DNA of 64,000 nucleotides, taken from assembly GCA_965202585.1 (NCBI GenBank), contig OZ241829.1, positions 29,016,001 through 29,080,000 of the forward strand, in the 5' to 3' direction. The notes beneath the pieces were generated by a model. It was given only the letters and a program-made list of their open reading frames with translations, had not been told where the DNA came from and made no database searches. Shown piece by piece: positions 26,189 through 39,790 of this stretch. The translations under genes and the position numbers were made by a program. Position 1 is the first letter of the stretch; every line of letters begins with the position of its first letter. This stretch comes from Thalia democratica. Taxonomy: Eukaryota.

Positions 26189-29100
26189 CATCTTTTTATT
26201 TGTTTTGTTTTGTTGCAGTTTTTTATTTTGTTGTAGGATCATAAAGTTGAAAACAATTTTTTTTTTTACTAAATTTTATCAACTCGTAACATTTAATAGT
26301 TGTTAGTTTATTTTATCTTTGTTTACTTTTACTTTTATTGCTTGGTCATAATATAAGTATTTGTTTATATAAACATGTTATAAAAGCGTTCAGGCGTTTT
26401 ACCTGTCTCTATAAACAGAATTTTCTTTAACTTATTGTCATTATTTAATGTTAAATTCTTAAAATTTTAAGTCTTTGTATGTTTTTCATGGTCTTTATAG
26501 TTTTTCATGTTGTTAGTATGTCATTGTGTTTGTTTATTCAATTTCATAAATGCTACACTGTAAAAACTACAAACTATAAGGTTTTTATAATTTATGACTT
26601 ATAAGTACATGTTTTTTGAATCTAAGAAAAAGGTAAATATTTTATTAAACTTTTTTCTATACTAAAGCATTTATACAACTTTAAAAATACTTCTAACAAG
26701 CAGCTTTTTCAATGGCATAAAAAAAACTATTAGTAATTATTGAAAATAATTTATAAACATATATTTCTGTACCCTTTTTTTATTCCAAAAATAGTTAGAG
26801 CAATTTTAAACTTCTTAGGTTAATTGCATTTTTCGTTTCAACAAAATAAAACAATATGAATTTTTCAACTATGATACTTTATAAGTTTACTACACGTAAA
26901 ACTATTCATTTTGAAAGTAATCAACATAACAAACTTTAGATTTATAGTTTTTAGTATTAAAATTAGAATAATATGTAATTCATAAAACTTTTAACTAGTG
27001 GATAAATGTTGCCGAATAATCTTTTTTACGAAAGTCAAATAATTTTTTTATGATAAAAATCATCAGTCTAAAGTTTTGCCCTTAGCAATAGTAAACTCTT
27101 CCAGGGGAGATATAACAACTTTGTAAAGTACGCTGATTCAGTGTTTTTCGAAAGCCCTATGCATTGCTTTACTTGATAATAACTCCAATTATTTGAATTT
27201 GAAAAACATTATAACTTAAAATTTAATCTTAAATCTGAAAGTTTTATTTAGTAAATTAAAAAGTTTACTTTCTTTTAATAAAAAGTTTAGATAAGAACTT
27301 TTAGCCAACAAGTTATAAGATTTTGCCCAGTGCTTTTTTTTTATTGTAAAAACAGCTGATAATGCTTTTTATACTTGCAACAAGATAATATTCTACTACA
27401 CTATGGTCCAACATAAAAAAATCTTAGTACTTTTAAGGTTCATCAGAACATAATTGCCATTTTCTAGGTTTTAGTAAATCTAGCTTCTATAAATAGTATT
27501 GAAATTTAACTTAAAACCGGAATTCATGAGTTTTTGACGTAATAAAGGCAAAATATTTTAAGCTTTGGAACCGGTAGAACCTAATAAGCTTCATTTATAA
27601 CAACTTTGCAATCTGCACTTTAATAAGTTGGCATTAGGTCACCAAATTATGCCAAATGGCTCAAAAACAATCCAGCTTACAGTTTTGTAAGCATGTTTAA
27701 CACACATGTAATCAAAATACTACAAGGCTAATTACATTTGATTTTAAAGTCTAAACTCTTTCTCTTTCGTTAATCGCTTATAAACTGACTGATTTTACTT
27801 GTAATCCTTTTAAATATACTCGATGCATAATGAAGCAAACTAGCTAAATTAGACGAATCTATCATAAGCATAACTACAGCACAAATACTTTACATAAATA
27901 TTTTTTTGATTTGTACTACTCAAATGTATTCCAAATATACAGTTTAGTTAATAAAAATACGTATTTTACTACCTAAAGAACGGTTCACATCAATTAAATT
28001 TTTTAAATGTATTTTTTTAACACACTAAACTCTCAGATAAACTTTTTTTATGAAACTAAAACTTAAAATTTATTTAATCCCTTGCTCGCTACTTAACTAT
28101 AAATGTCTAAGAAATCGTTTAGTTAGCACTATTGTCTGGCTGTAAATATGACAATAAAAATAACTTTATTTGATAAATTTAGTACTTTAACCTTTATTTC
28201 ATTTTGTATGAGACAAATAAATAACAGTTATAAACTTACTTTTTTAACAGTGTAAATACATAAAATTATTTCAATGTTTTAAGAACAAATAAAGTATAAC
28301 AACAAAGAAATTGACAAAAAACGACTGTACTTCGTTTATTTTAGTTCTTTTTACTGCAAAATAGAAAAATAAACAGCCAGTGGTTTTAATACAGAAAAAA
28401 TTTTGCTTTTCTTTATTCTTTAAATTAAAATTTAATATCTCTTAGTTTTAAAATAGACTAAAAAAGAACATGTTTACTAATTTTTTGAAAGCTCGAAGTG
28501 TGTACTTAAACATTTTAACAACAACAATATTTCATGTCATCGCATTAATAAAAACAATTTTATAGAGCTTAGCTTTAAAATAAGTGGACTTTATAATTTT
28601 CTATCTACTTCACATCTTTATAAATAGAAAATAAGAACTACCAAATTAATTCGCTCGTTCTAGTTTATTAAAGATTTAAAAAAGAATGAAATGTGTGGCT
28701 TCAACATGTATCTAAATTCTAATCTAACAAATATCTTATTGCAATTTTTCACAATTTTAATTCTGCTTTAAAGCAAAATTTATAAAGTTAGTTTTTAATG
28801 AGGTTTAAAATCTTTTTGTTGTTTTGTATTCTTTTGAATGTGACCTTTTTTTTTTTGGGCCAAAAGCAAGAATGAGAAGCAGAGTAATAAAACTTTAATA
28901 TGGTTTAGAAACCCATTAGGCTCTGCCACAAAGTTTATAGGTAATTTTATAAAATTATTACGATGAGTTCAAAAAATTATACTGTTTTAAAAAATTTAAA
29001 CTTTCAATGCCTCTGTTTACATAAATTGTTTTAAATTGTTATTGAAATTTAGTCGGTAGTTATTTTTGAAACGTTTAGTTTGTTTGTAAGCTTTAATTTA

Positions 29101-29876
29101 AATAGATTTTAGCTTTTAGTTGAATCCGAAACATATTAAAAAACAATTTTATATGTTAGCTTAATATATGACTTCAATTTCTTTTTTTTTTTTTCTTTAT
29201 TTAATTTACTCTATGGATAAGCTGTTTTTATAACAGACTTTGTAATTGAATAAATTCTTATTACTGTTATTGTCATGATAAAAATAAAAAGCCAGTTATT
29301 GTTCAATTGTTTTTTACAAAATAAAGTCGAAAGTATTGTTTACTTTATATTCTGAAATTTTTTATGTAGTTGAACTTAACTATCATTCTAAATTTCAAGA
29401 TTAGCAAAACCTCTTATGGTGAGCTTTGTGAATGTTGAATACAAAAACTATGTCCTTACCATTTCAAGTGTAAAATTGTAAATACATAGCAATGCATAAA
29501 TATATTTAAAAATTTAAGATAATTCTACAGATATAAAACTTTCTATGCAGTTGATGAAGAACTGTGGTGAACTAGTTGTAAAATTATTGTATCATTTGTA
29601 AACCAACTACACAACATTTGTCTGCAAACAGTTTGTGTAGTACTTTTTTAGCAAATATCTAAGTTGCTAAATGAAAGTATAACTTATTTCAATATATTTT
29701 TACAGTCTTTTCTCCACTCACTATTTCTTAATTTAAGTAATACACTTTTTTCTGTCTTCTAAATAATTTGTAGTTTGCAAAAAAATAATTTTAACTGGAA
29801 TGTTGACCAAAAATCATAAAAATCTTGTAAATATGATCAATTCCTACATGTTCTTTTTTTAATTAAGTTTAAATAA

Positions 29877-30248
29877 CAAGGTTGCCAAAAAATGTGTAGT
29901 CTTTGAAAACCTATTATTTGAGAAATTTAAAGAAAAACTTGGAATTTTGCACAAAAATAACTAAGAAAGCCTAGAACTGTAAACTATCTTTACATGTTAA
30001 GTCTCAAATTTTTGATTAGATACAAAAAGTCTATCAAAAACATTTTAAAAAATTATATCTTAAAAAAAAATTCATTAAAAAAACACATTCAAAGTAGCTT
30101 TACACTCTTTCTTAATATTATACTTTCTTACAGTTTTTTTTAACTTATAACAATTTATATCTAAAATAGACAAAAAACTTGTTTTTTAAAGCCTAGAAGA
30201 AATTCAAAAAGCCTGTAATAAATTTACAAAAAACCTTTTGCAATCCTG
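29877..30248. mobile_element. MITE of the CAGGGTTGCCA-TIR family (family A) with 6-bp TSD
   Basis: Left CAAGGTTGCCA, right TGCAATCCTG. Identical AAATAA flanks at 29871-29876 and 30249-30254. Confidence 0.75.
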
Positions 30249-30478
30249 AAATAAAAAATTACTATTATGTAACCTATACACTTATAAACAATTTAGATTT
30301 TGTATATTATATAACAAAAATAAGTTACTATTGTATTATTTTTCAGCAACTTTATAGTATAAAACAAAACTTTAACCTGAATTTTTTGTCTTCTACTGAG
30401 AAAAATACAACAAAAGTTGAACATTCAAAAACTTGAAAAAATTTAAAAATTCAGTGGCCACGCAGATAAATGTCAATT

Positions 30479-31671
30479 CAGGGTTCGTGCGCGTCAGGCT
30501 AAATCAGTTTTTTTGAAAAAAGTTGAAAAACGTCAGGCTAAATCAGTTTTTTTGATTAAAAATTTGAGAATCTCAGTTTTTCTCAGTTCAAATGCTCGAA
30601 AAAAATTTTATTAAAAAAATATGAAATCTTTTGAAGGTCAAATTGAGATGTGAATTTATTTGTAAAAATAAATGCTTAAAACTTTTTGTTGAATCTCTAA
30701 AATAGTTTTAAAAATTTTCATTATTTTGTTTTGAGTAGATTATATACGTCATGATTATTAAAATTCATAAAAAAAATACAGTTTAAACATTATAGTTTAG
30801 TTCAACAACTTAGCTGTTTGTTTAAATTTGTTTACATCAGCTATGTTTTCAGAGCTTAGTTGGTTAAACTGTTTTAATTTTGAATTTAAAGGCTTTATGC
30901 CAAATACTTTTTAGATTAAAGCTCTTAAAAGTTTATTCATATATCTTACTGTTTGTTTAAAGTTATTAGAGATATTCACAACACCAAAACTTAGCTTTAA
31001 GATATAAGTACAAAGTTTTGTGGGAGTACAAATTTTAGGTACAATTCATTTTTCTTTACAAAAACAAAATAATAAAGATTTTTTTTAATTTAAGTGTAAG
31101 CTTTTTAAATCTGATACGACACCAACAATCACTGTATTTGTTTAGACTTTAGAGTTAAGGATTTATAATTATGTATTAATTTTAAGTATTAGTCAAAATA
31201 CTATAATAAACATTTTTTACTTGTTTTAATACTCGTGTAAGCGTTTCATTTTAAATTTTAATAAAACACAACAATGCACGTCGTTCTGTAATAAATCTTC
31301 TGGTTATAATGTTTTTACTTAGTGTTTAATTAAATTGAACAACTGGGTTTAGTATTATATATTAAATTTTTGCACTAGTAATAGATAAGATATAACACTT
31401 ATTTTAAAACTTATCACTGAATTGGTTATGTTAAGGGCATAGGGGAGTCATTCACCCTTTGCACATTTTAGTCTTATTTTATTGAGTTGTAACTAAGCTA
31501 TGAGTTGCTTTTTGCAGATAAAAAGCTCATAATATTTTTGAGATATAGCTGGTTGAAGTCGGGAGACCACAATCAAGACCCCTCCAATACCTAAAATAAC
31601 TTCTAAAGGGGATTTTCCTTACTTTGAAAAAATGTCAGGCTAAATGAAAAAAATTTCGCGCACAAACCCTG
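30479..31671. mobile_element. Non-autonomous DNA transposon (hAT-like), 1.19 kb, 5-bp TSD
   Basis: TIRs CAGGGTTCGTGCGCG and CGCGCACAAACCCTG match at 14/15. CAATT lies directly outside both ends. Subterminal GTCAGGCTAAAT occurs twice near the left end and once near the right. Confidence 0.75.
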
Positions 31672-32639
31672 CAATTACAATAAGACCATATTATTAGATC
31701 TCATTCTGTATTGTATATTTGCTACCTGAACCCAAATTGTTGTATGCAATAAAATCAGACATGTTGGTGCCTGCCCGACCCCAACAAACTCTTGGTCCTG
31801 GACAAAGATGGTAAAAGGTATCCGTGGCATGCAACTCTATAACAGAAAAGTTTTTTTGTGCACCAGGTTATAGGACCAAATATTTTATACCTTTTTTTTA
31901 TCTCAAATAACAAGTCTGCCAAAACTAAATGATGTTTAGAAGTTGCTACTTTGCAAGTTGATGTGTAACACTTTGAAAGCGTTTGATGTAGACCACAATA
32001 AATTAATACTTGCTAGCTCTGTTCATTCACACAGTACAAGGTTTTCAAAGAAGTTAAATTTTGCAGCTGAAAGGTCAGGACAAGACTTAGTATGCTTAAA
32101 GTATACAGATCCAAACTAAAGATTAGTGTCCCACAACTTTTTGAAAACAAAAAATTCAATTTTTAATATAAGGCAATAGGGGAGTTATCATTTTTTTAAT
32201 TAAAGAAATTAACATTGGCTCTAGTATTAAAGATTAAAGATAAACTACAAGATGGTTTTTATAATAAAAAATTGGTTATGGGCATATTTTATTTATTATT
32301 TTTTTTATTTTCAGAAGTACTTTTTGACATTATATTACAGGTTTTTCCCTAATATATTCAATTTCATATATTACTATAATTATCAAAGTTAGTTTTAAAT
32401 TTTTATTTTGTTTTATTTTTAATTCAACTATTTTATTAATTTTTTTATCATAACTGTTACCCCTAACCCTTACCCTCGGACGGTAACTTTTTTTTTATAA
32501 CTATTTTTATTTTCTTAGTCATTATTTGTATTTTATTTTTTATTTTTACTATCATTGGTACTCCTAACCCTCGATAGTCAGTAGCTTTATTTCTTTTGTT
32601 TTTATTTATTATTACATTCTGGTGTAAGTTTCAAATTAT

Positions 32640-32717
32640 GACCTCATGGCCACCCTTTAGCCCCTTTGCTGCTTATGGCCCTCAAGGGGGCAACTTGGTC
32701 CACTTTGGGAAACTCTG
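32640..32717. mobile_element. Probable isolated hAT-type (Charlie-like) element end
   Basis: GC-rich patch ending CCACTTTGGGAAACTCTG, resembling CAGxGxTTCCCAAAGTG termini. No partner end or TSD found. Confidence 0.3.
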
Positions 32718-33543
32718 GTGTAGATGAATGACAGTGCAAGTTTATAAAACCTGAAAAACTTTCCAAAGTTTAATAACAAAAAACTGGAATCTTAGTTGTT
32801 CATATTCAGTTAAAGTTAATTTAAAAAAAAAAATTGTGTCATTACTTTTATAGTGATTCTCATTTTTTGACATTTATTATGGTTTTTTTTTAACTTTAAG
32901 TTCTGTTTTTATCATCGAACTTAATTTTAAAACTTTTAAAAATGTTCAATATAAAAATACATAGTTTGAACACAGAAATTGATATGAGCTTAAGAGATTG
33001 ATTACTGTATACCACAATAATATTTGCAGAGTTATTATATAATTCACATGAAAAATTCAAGTACAGCTGTTTTTATGTTAAAATACTTTACAAAGTTTCA
33101 TTGACAAAACTTTATAGTATAGTCTTATCTATAGTTTTGATTTAAATGAGTTTGTTTTCACACAGAGTTGTTTTTTATAAATTACATTATAAAAATAACA
33201 TTACCTTAATAACTTTAACATCTTATTCAGTATAATTTTGTAAATAATGCGCATTACAAATAACAATAGTAAAGTTAATCAAATACTTATAGTGAAAAGT
33301 TCTTTTTTTTTTAACACGTCAAAATAAAGTCAAATTTTCTTGCGTGTTAGAAATTTATGTACAAAACATGTTATAAACTATGTTTACCTACATTTGTTGA
33401 ATAAAAAAAAGTTTAATTTATAGCTAGCTTTTTCAACAACATAAAAATAAACTTTACTTAACACAGCATTGTTTTTTAGGAAAAAATAACACTTCAGCTT
33501 ACAAAGTTTTTACTTAGACACTCTTTGCAGCTTTTATATAAGA

Positions 33544-36500
33544 ATGTCGAAATTGGCAAAGCTCATTCAAGATCAGTTTCGCACTCCGCTGCAGGAGCTG
33601 ATGAAGACCCTGAGGCACAATTATGCAAACGACGGAGGGTACTTCCCCAGAGCGAGAGGGCTTTTCATCCAGATCATCAGAATGAACGAGATCAAGCATG
33701 GTTAGTTGGGAGTAAATAGAATTATTTTGTGAAAATAGTGGTTCTTCTTGAAAAACTAATTGAGTTTTTTAAAGAGAATTATAATTGTTTTTTAACAATT
33801 AATTTGGATTGTTTGTTCACAAGTTACTAATGATATATTTTATTAACATAATATATAATGGTTTGTTAGGAATAAATATAATACTTTGAGTATTAAAAGT
33901 AGTAATATAATGGATTTTGAAAAGTGATTAAAATGGTTTGTCAATTAGTTGGGAAAAGTATAGTTTTATTAACCAACTGTTATAATGGTTTGTGAAAAGT
34001 AAGTATTATGGTCTTTTAAAATTTGACATAGTTTTGTGTATAAAAGCAAATTTAAATATTTGTTACAAGTATCAAGTTTTGAGAAATAGTTATGTGTTTT
34101 TTTGTTAAAACTTTTTTTTTTCATTACAATAAGGTTTACATAAAGTTGTGTATTAAACAGAGTTTGTTTATAACTATAATATGTTTGTTTGATATTTTAA
34201 CTGTAAATCATAATTAACAAATTTAATATGTTTTTTTTGTAAGTACATTATAAACATAGTTGTTTTTCAATAATGTAATCAATAAAATAGTTGGTTTAAA
34301 TTTGATACATTTGGTACTGTTATAAAATTTGTACACCTATACATATCAAATTTTACCACATTCTTCAAGTTTACATGTGATAAAGTTCACATTAAGCACT
34401 GTATATAAAAAAGTTTGAAATTATTTCCTTAATTTGTTTTATGTTTGGAATTGTTTTTTATAATGAATAAATTAATTATATTTTGTTTAATGTAATGTTT
34501 AAAATTTTTAAATTGTTTTGTATGTTCGAAATATACTTTGTATTAAAATTTATTTTAATTTCTTATTGTTTTATTAAGTTTTTTGTTTAATATTTATTTC
34601 TATAATAATAATAATTATATAATATAATAATAACTATAATAATATTATTTTATTCTAATATAATCTTCATATTTAGTTAAGGCCATAGGGGGGGGGGGGT
34701 AAACCATGTTTTTTACAAGTTTATCTGATTTTATAGAGTTTTTTCTAAGCTTTAAGATGCTTTTTATCGTTTTTAAAAATTCAAAATATTTTTTTAGATA
34801 TGACCAGTCAAAGTCGGGCCGCATAATAGGTTCCCTATGGGAAGGGATACTAAAACAGCGGAAAAAGACTATTTCATTTAAAATCTATCTCCTACATTTT
34901 TCAAGCAATCTTCTTCAAACTTTCACAGTCTAATCTTTATACAATAACAAAAAAACGTTACTTTGGAATTTAAAAAAAAAAATTGTAAAAATTTTTTTTT
35001 TTTTTTTAAAAACTTTTTTTTTTTAATTTTTGTGATAGAATTTTTACTTTTTAAAATTACTTAAATTCTAAAGTAACGTTTTTTTCTTTTATTATAAGGA
35101 ACGTTTCCTGAAAATTTGAAGAAGATTGCTTGAAAAACAAAGGAGGAGATAGATTTTTAGTGAATTTTAAAATTTCCAAGAAAATTGACCCCGAAAAATT
35201 TGCGGTCCATACGTTTATATTGGAAAATTTTTACAAAAAATTAAATATCTTAAAAGTTAAATTATATTTTTGAATTCTATAAAAACTGGCTTGTAGTTTG
35301 TACTTAAAGCTTTCATATAAAAGCCAAACTTAATTTTTGTAAAAAAAAATGTTGGACCCCCCCCCTGTGGCCTTAAACTTTAATAATGGTAATATAGCAT
35401 TAAGACGGGTATTCACTATATTCTCAACAAGAAAATTCCGTGCATAAAACTCTTGAAGAACTAGCTTAAAAGATGTTTCAATTTTTGATTTATATTGATC
35501 AAAAAGTTTATGCTAATAGAATATTTAAAGTAAACTACTTTTTAGCAATAAACTATTTTATAAGGCTTATTTCATATAAGGAAAAAAAAATCATATTCAA
35601 GTGTTTCAAAAAATAGTAAAACCCTTTATATTGACTATAAATCACAATACTTATCTATTACAACAAAAAGTTTTTAAGAAATTGAATGTAAATAATCATT
35701 ATATAGCTTTACTATAGATAAATGTAGTCATAAATAAAAAATACAAGCTAAATATTTTAAAGTTTAGTTTCAATGTATTATATGAAATTAAATGATGTAG
35801 TTTTTGGTACCTTTAAGTAATTATGCTGTATTGGCTATTTTCTTTTGAAAAGACAATGATGAATTATAAGGAAAGTTTTTGATAAAATTGTTTATGTGTG
35901 TACAAAGTATTTTTTCTAATTTATTACTTGTCTACACAAAATTAAACTTTTCTTACATGGTATTTAAAAAAAAATTTATTGATTTAAAATAAAAGTTAAT
36001 TCCATAAATTTAAATTTTGATTTAAAAGTTTAAAGGGGGGTTTGGACATCTAAGATATAAAGGGGAAAGCCATAGAGTTCAGTAGGTACCCTTAAACAAA
36101 ATAATATTTTACTTATTCTCGAATAGACTTTATTATTTAAACTTATTATTAAGACTTTTTTTATTGTTTTTATTAATAAGTTGTTTTATGATGATGTAAA
36201 TATGCATATTGACAACAAATATCACAAGAGGCTATACACAATTCATTTTCTCAGGAGACTTTACACATTTGATTTTTACAGGTTTTTTGACTGTTTTATT
36301 TTCACAGGTTACTCTACACGTTATATTTTCATCAGAGGCTTTCACGTTTTATTTTTACTGAATTACTTTACACGTTTTATTTTCTCAGGATACTTTACAC
36401 TTTTCATTTTCTCCAAACACTTTACAGGATTTATTTTCACAGGATACTTTACACGTTTTATTTTCACAGGAGAGCTGGTGGGCACGGACGACCTTGGCAA

Positions 36501-38596
36501 CCGTTACTACGAGAACAACAGGTACTTCCTGGGCAGGAACCGGTGGGTGGACTACAACACGAGCAACTGGAAGGACAAGTGGGACTTCAACGCGTCCATG
36601 GTCGCCCCAGAGTGGCACAGGTTGATAATTTTTTTAAGGTAGAAAACAAGGATTATTAGTTAATTTGTTAAGGAAGGGTAGTTGTTGAATATTCAAATGG
36701 TTTAGTAGGCAAGGTTGTGACTTTACCTGGAAAAACCTGGAATTTTGAACAAAAATCAATAAAAAACCTGGAATTTTAACAATTTTCACATGTTCAGTAG
36801 TAAATTTTCAGTTTGACGCAAAAACTCTATCGTATAAATAAATAACATTTGTCATCATCAAAATTTGTTTTTATAAAGCAACATATTTAAAGTAGTTTTA
36901 CAGTATCTTTTTAATGTTATTATATTATTTAACGCAGTTTCTTACCTTAAACTTAAGTTTCAACTAAAAATAGACCCAAAAATGTGTACTTTTAAAAAAC
37001 TGGATGAAATTTGGAAAGCCTGGAAAATGTTTTTAAAAAACGAGTGGAAACCCTGTTTAGCAGAACGATTGTTTATTTAAAAATTATACTGTCGTGTGAA
37101 ACATGTATTTATATGATAATTAAACAGTTTGGTGGAAGAGTTAATTGTTTGATAAGTTGACAGTTTGATGTTAGACACAGGTTGTTGTTTGTTAGTTGGA
37201 TAGATGTTTAACTATTAGATAAATAATTAATTTTATATTTTAGTAGAACAGTTATTTATTCTATAGTTAAATATTTGAGTTGAACAGGTATTTGTTTAGA
37301 ATTTAATAATTAATTAGAACATGCATTAATTTAATTTTTATTGGAGCCGTTAATTATTTAGTTTATAAACATTTAAGTCATAAAAGTATTTATTAAATAG
37401 TTAAATAGTTGACTCGAATTTGTATTTATTCGATATTTAAATATAAAAGACAATGCTAATTTTGCAAAAAAAAAAAACAATTGATCTATATAGTCTTTAC
37501 TTTCATGCTCATTTCTTTGGAATAAGTTTTAGCCCGACTTTTATCTTTAATATATAGGGTTTAGTTAGCAAGCTTTTTTTTCTATTTTATTAGTGTTTAA
37601 GTATTTTCTGCAGTAATAATGAGTTTATATTGTGTTTTATATTATAATCAGCTAATAAACTGTCTCAAGTTAATGAGTTTTACTAGTTCAGCTATATGAA
37701 TAATACTGTTTGATTACAATAAAGTACTTAATGAAATATTAGATTATATACTAATCAAGTATAAACATTCAAAATTAGTACTAAATGCAATCAAATTCTT
37801 TCTTAAAAGTTACACATATAGTTTATAGCTTAAAAAACTTTTTATTTGTTTTTTATAGTTTCATTTATGTTTTGTTTATATAAAATATTTTGAAATAAAT
37901 TTTGTTACTAATCCAAACTATATTGAAAAAATTAAATTCTTATCAATGTTTCAAAAACTGAGGTTTTTACTTTTTATGAAATCGCTTTATCGCTACTTAC
38001 TGAGAGATTGTAAAAAAATATTTTATCTTCCATGAAGTTCAACTAACAAATAGTTTTACTTTTTAATTTAAAGTAAATGTCAATTGTATAAGTTGAAAGT
38101 TTCGCATTATAATTTCCAAGATATAACTAACGAAACTCTTATTTTGATTTTCTTTTTAGATATTTATTTTAAAACTTTGTACTTACATTAAAGCCCACCA
38201 TGGTTTATAATTGGAATATATAAATAATAATGTAGGTTTCTTAATCAAAATGATGCTTGTTCAACGATTGAAGTTGCTTATTTTATGTATTTTTGTATTA
38301 ATTTTGCACAAAACCAGTTGGTGTCATCAAATATATAAATAGTGCTAACAGTTCAAGCATTCGAAAAACTGAACTTACAAAGCTTGTTTTATTTAATTTT
38401 TGTAATACTTAAATTTGAATATTTTTTTTCAAATCACAGGTGGCTCCACCACATGACCGACGACGCGCCGTCGAAAAATCCCCCCACGCTGAGAAAGTTT
38501 CAGATGAAGCACCAGAAGAACTTGACCGGAACTCCGGACTGCTACGTTCCCTACTCCACAGTCAAGCCCAAGATCGAGAGCTGGAAGCCCGAATAA
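33544..38596 (+). CDS. NDUFA12: NADH dehydrogenase [ubiquinone] 1 alpha subcomplex subunit 12 (B17.2), 154 aa, 3 exons
   Basis: Exons 33544-33700, 36470-36620, 38440-38596 (GT-AG; phases 1,2; 465 nt). Translation contains [24 protein letters not shown]...[21 protein letters not shown] and [21 protein letters not shown], the NDUFA12 signature. Confidence 0.96.
33790..34020. repeat. Degenerate minisatellite at the start of NDUFA12 intron 1
   Basis: The motif (A)TAATGG(T/A)TT(T/G) recurs about five times with irregular spacing. Confidence 0.35.
34681..35372. mobile_element. TTAA-flanked MITE (Kolobok-like termini), 692 bp, in NDUFA12 intron 1
   Basis: TTAA|GGCCATAGGGGGG ... CCCCCCCTGTGGCC|TTAA. 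Contains an internal inverted repeat (~34879-34980 vs ~35060-35160, AATCTATCTCCT..CAAGCAATCTTCTTCAAA). GG termini with TTAA fit Kolobok better than piggyBac (CC termini). Confidence 0.8.
36229..36470 (+). repeat. 27-bp tandem array (9 units) whose last unit is the NDUFA12 exon 2 acceptor
   Basis: Consensus ATACTTTACACGTTTTATTTTCACAGG. Seven of nine units keep a T-tract plus CAG. Confidence 0.85.
36710..37055. mobile_element. Family-A MITE in NDUFA12 intron 2
   Basis: Left CAAGGTTGTGAC, right GTGGAAACCCTG. Interior (AAAACCTGGAATTTT; ACCTTAAACTT..AAAAATAGACCCAAAAATGTG) is the reverse complement of the copy at 50181-50572. TSD not clean. Confidence 0.7.
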
Positions 38597-38597
38597 A
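38592..38597 (+). terminator. AATAAA polyadenylation signal overlapping the NDUFA12 stop codon
   Basis: ...CCC GAA TAA A: the TAA stop is embedded in AATAAA. Use of this signal is not demonstrated. Confidence 0.35.
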
Positions 38598-39790
38598 CCG
38601 TACTTGGAAAATTTTAATAATTTAGGTGCCTCTATGAGGTATTGATAAAAATATAAATTTTTAAAATGTTTTGTCTTCTTTCTACTCGTATGGCTATCAC
38701 AAGTTAAATCTATAAAGGTGAATCAATAAATGAGTTTTTAATTGAAAAAATGTTTTAAATTTAGGCATCCTCATAAGCATATAAAGTTTTGATTAAATAT
38801 TTATTTAAAAACTACTTAGTCTACTGGTGACTTATGATATTAAATATTTAATTTCATAGTTTTCAATTTAGTTTTCAACATTGCGAATTTTGGAATAAAG
38901 TTTTTTTTTTACCTGGTTTTTTATTCTGCTAATTTTCTGAATATTTCAAATAAACTTATATCATTGGGTTTTTGCGACAAGTCTTTTAAATTTTTTGTGT
39001 TTATGAATTCGTACTTATTTTAATGATTTCAAGTATATAATAGTTATATAGAAACTCAGTAATGTTTCATAAACAATTTTCTACTAGTTTGTACCTATTT
39101 GCTTTATTATTAATTTTAAGCATTAAAAAATTATTTAAATATACAAATATTACTTACTATATTAAATTACTTACTATATGTTGTATTAAAAGTCTAATTG
39201 ATGACAATTGTATTGATAAGGCCTTGAACCTTATATGCAGTTAGAACTGTTTTATTTTTCTTAATTTTTAAAAAATAAAGGTTTTTTTTTAATTCCGTAT
39301 TACTTACTTAAAAATTTTTTTCAAGTAACATTCTAAGAATGAAAAGTTTAAAAATACTATATTTTAAACTTTATTATGAAGTGAGCAATTGAATTATTAT
39401 TTAATATTGATACTTTTAGTTTAAGGTTACTAAATTTAAGGCATTAAATGTTTTTAAATTAACAACTACCTCTTTTTAGGTAACTTAACAGTTGTTTAAA
39501 TCTTTTTTAAATGGAATCAAACATTAATTTAACCTGTTAAATTTTGACTACTTAATTTTATTGAAAGTTTGAACTTTTATATACCAATTAATGTTTTGCC
39601 TACTACTGGGTTGCCATAAAACCAGGAGTTTAAAAAATTAAAAGGAAAGATATTGTTTTTTTTTTACATTTAAAACAATGCAATTTAGTTTAGATACGAA
39701 AAATTTATCATTAACAATTTTTTGTGCTAAATACAAATTCATTTTAAGCATAAGTCTGCTATTTGCTTGATCATAAAACAAACAAAGTGA

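Noticed and set aside
32455-32575. CCCTAACCC telomere-like motifs
   Set aside because: Only one or two imperfect units at each spot; not an interstitial telomeric array.
33514-33719. Track ORFs 33514-33699 (-) and 33525-33719 (+)
   Set aside because: Alternative frames over NDUFA12 exon 1, whose true frame starts at 33544.
36181-36642. 153-aa ORF as a single-exon membrane protein
   Set aside because: It is intronic repeat read into NDUFA12 exon 2. It matters only for the alternative-acceptor hypothesis.
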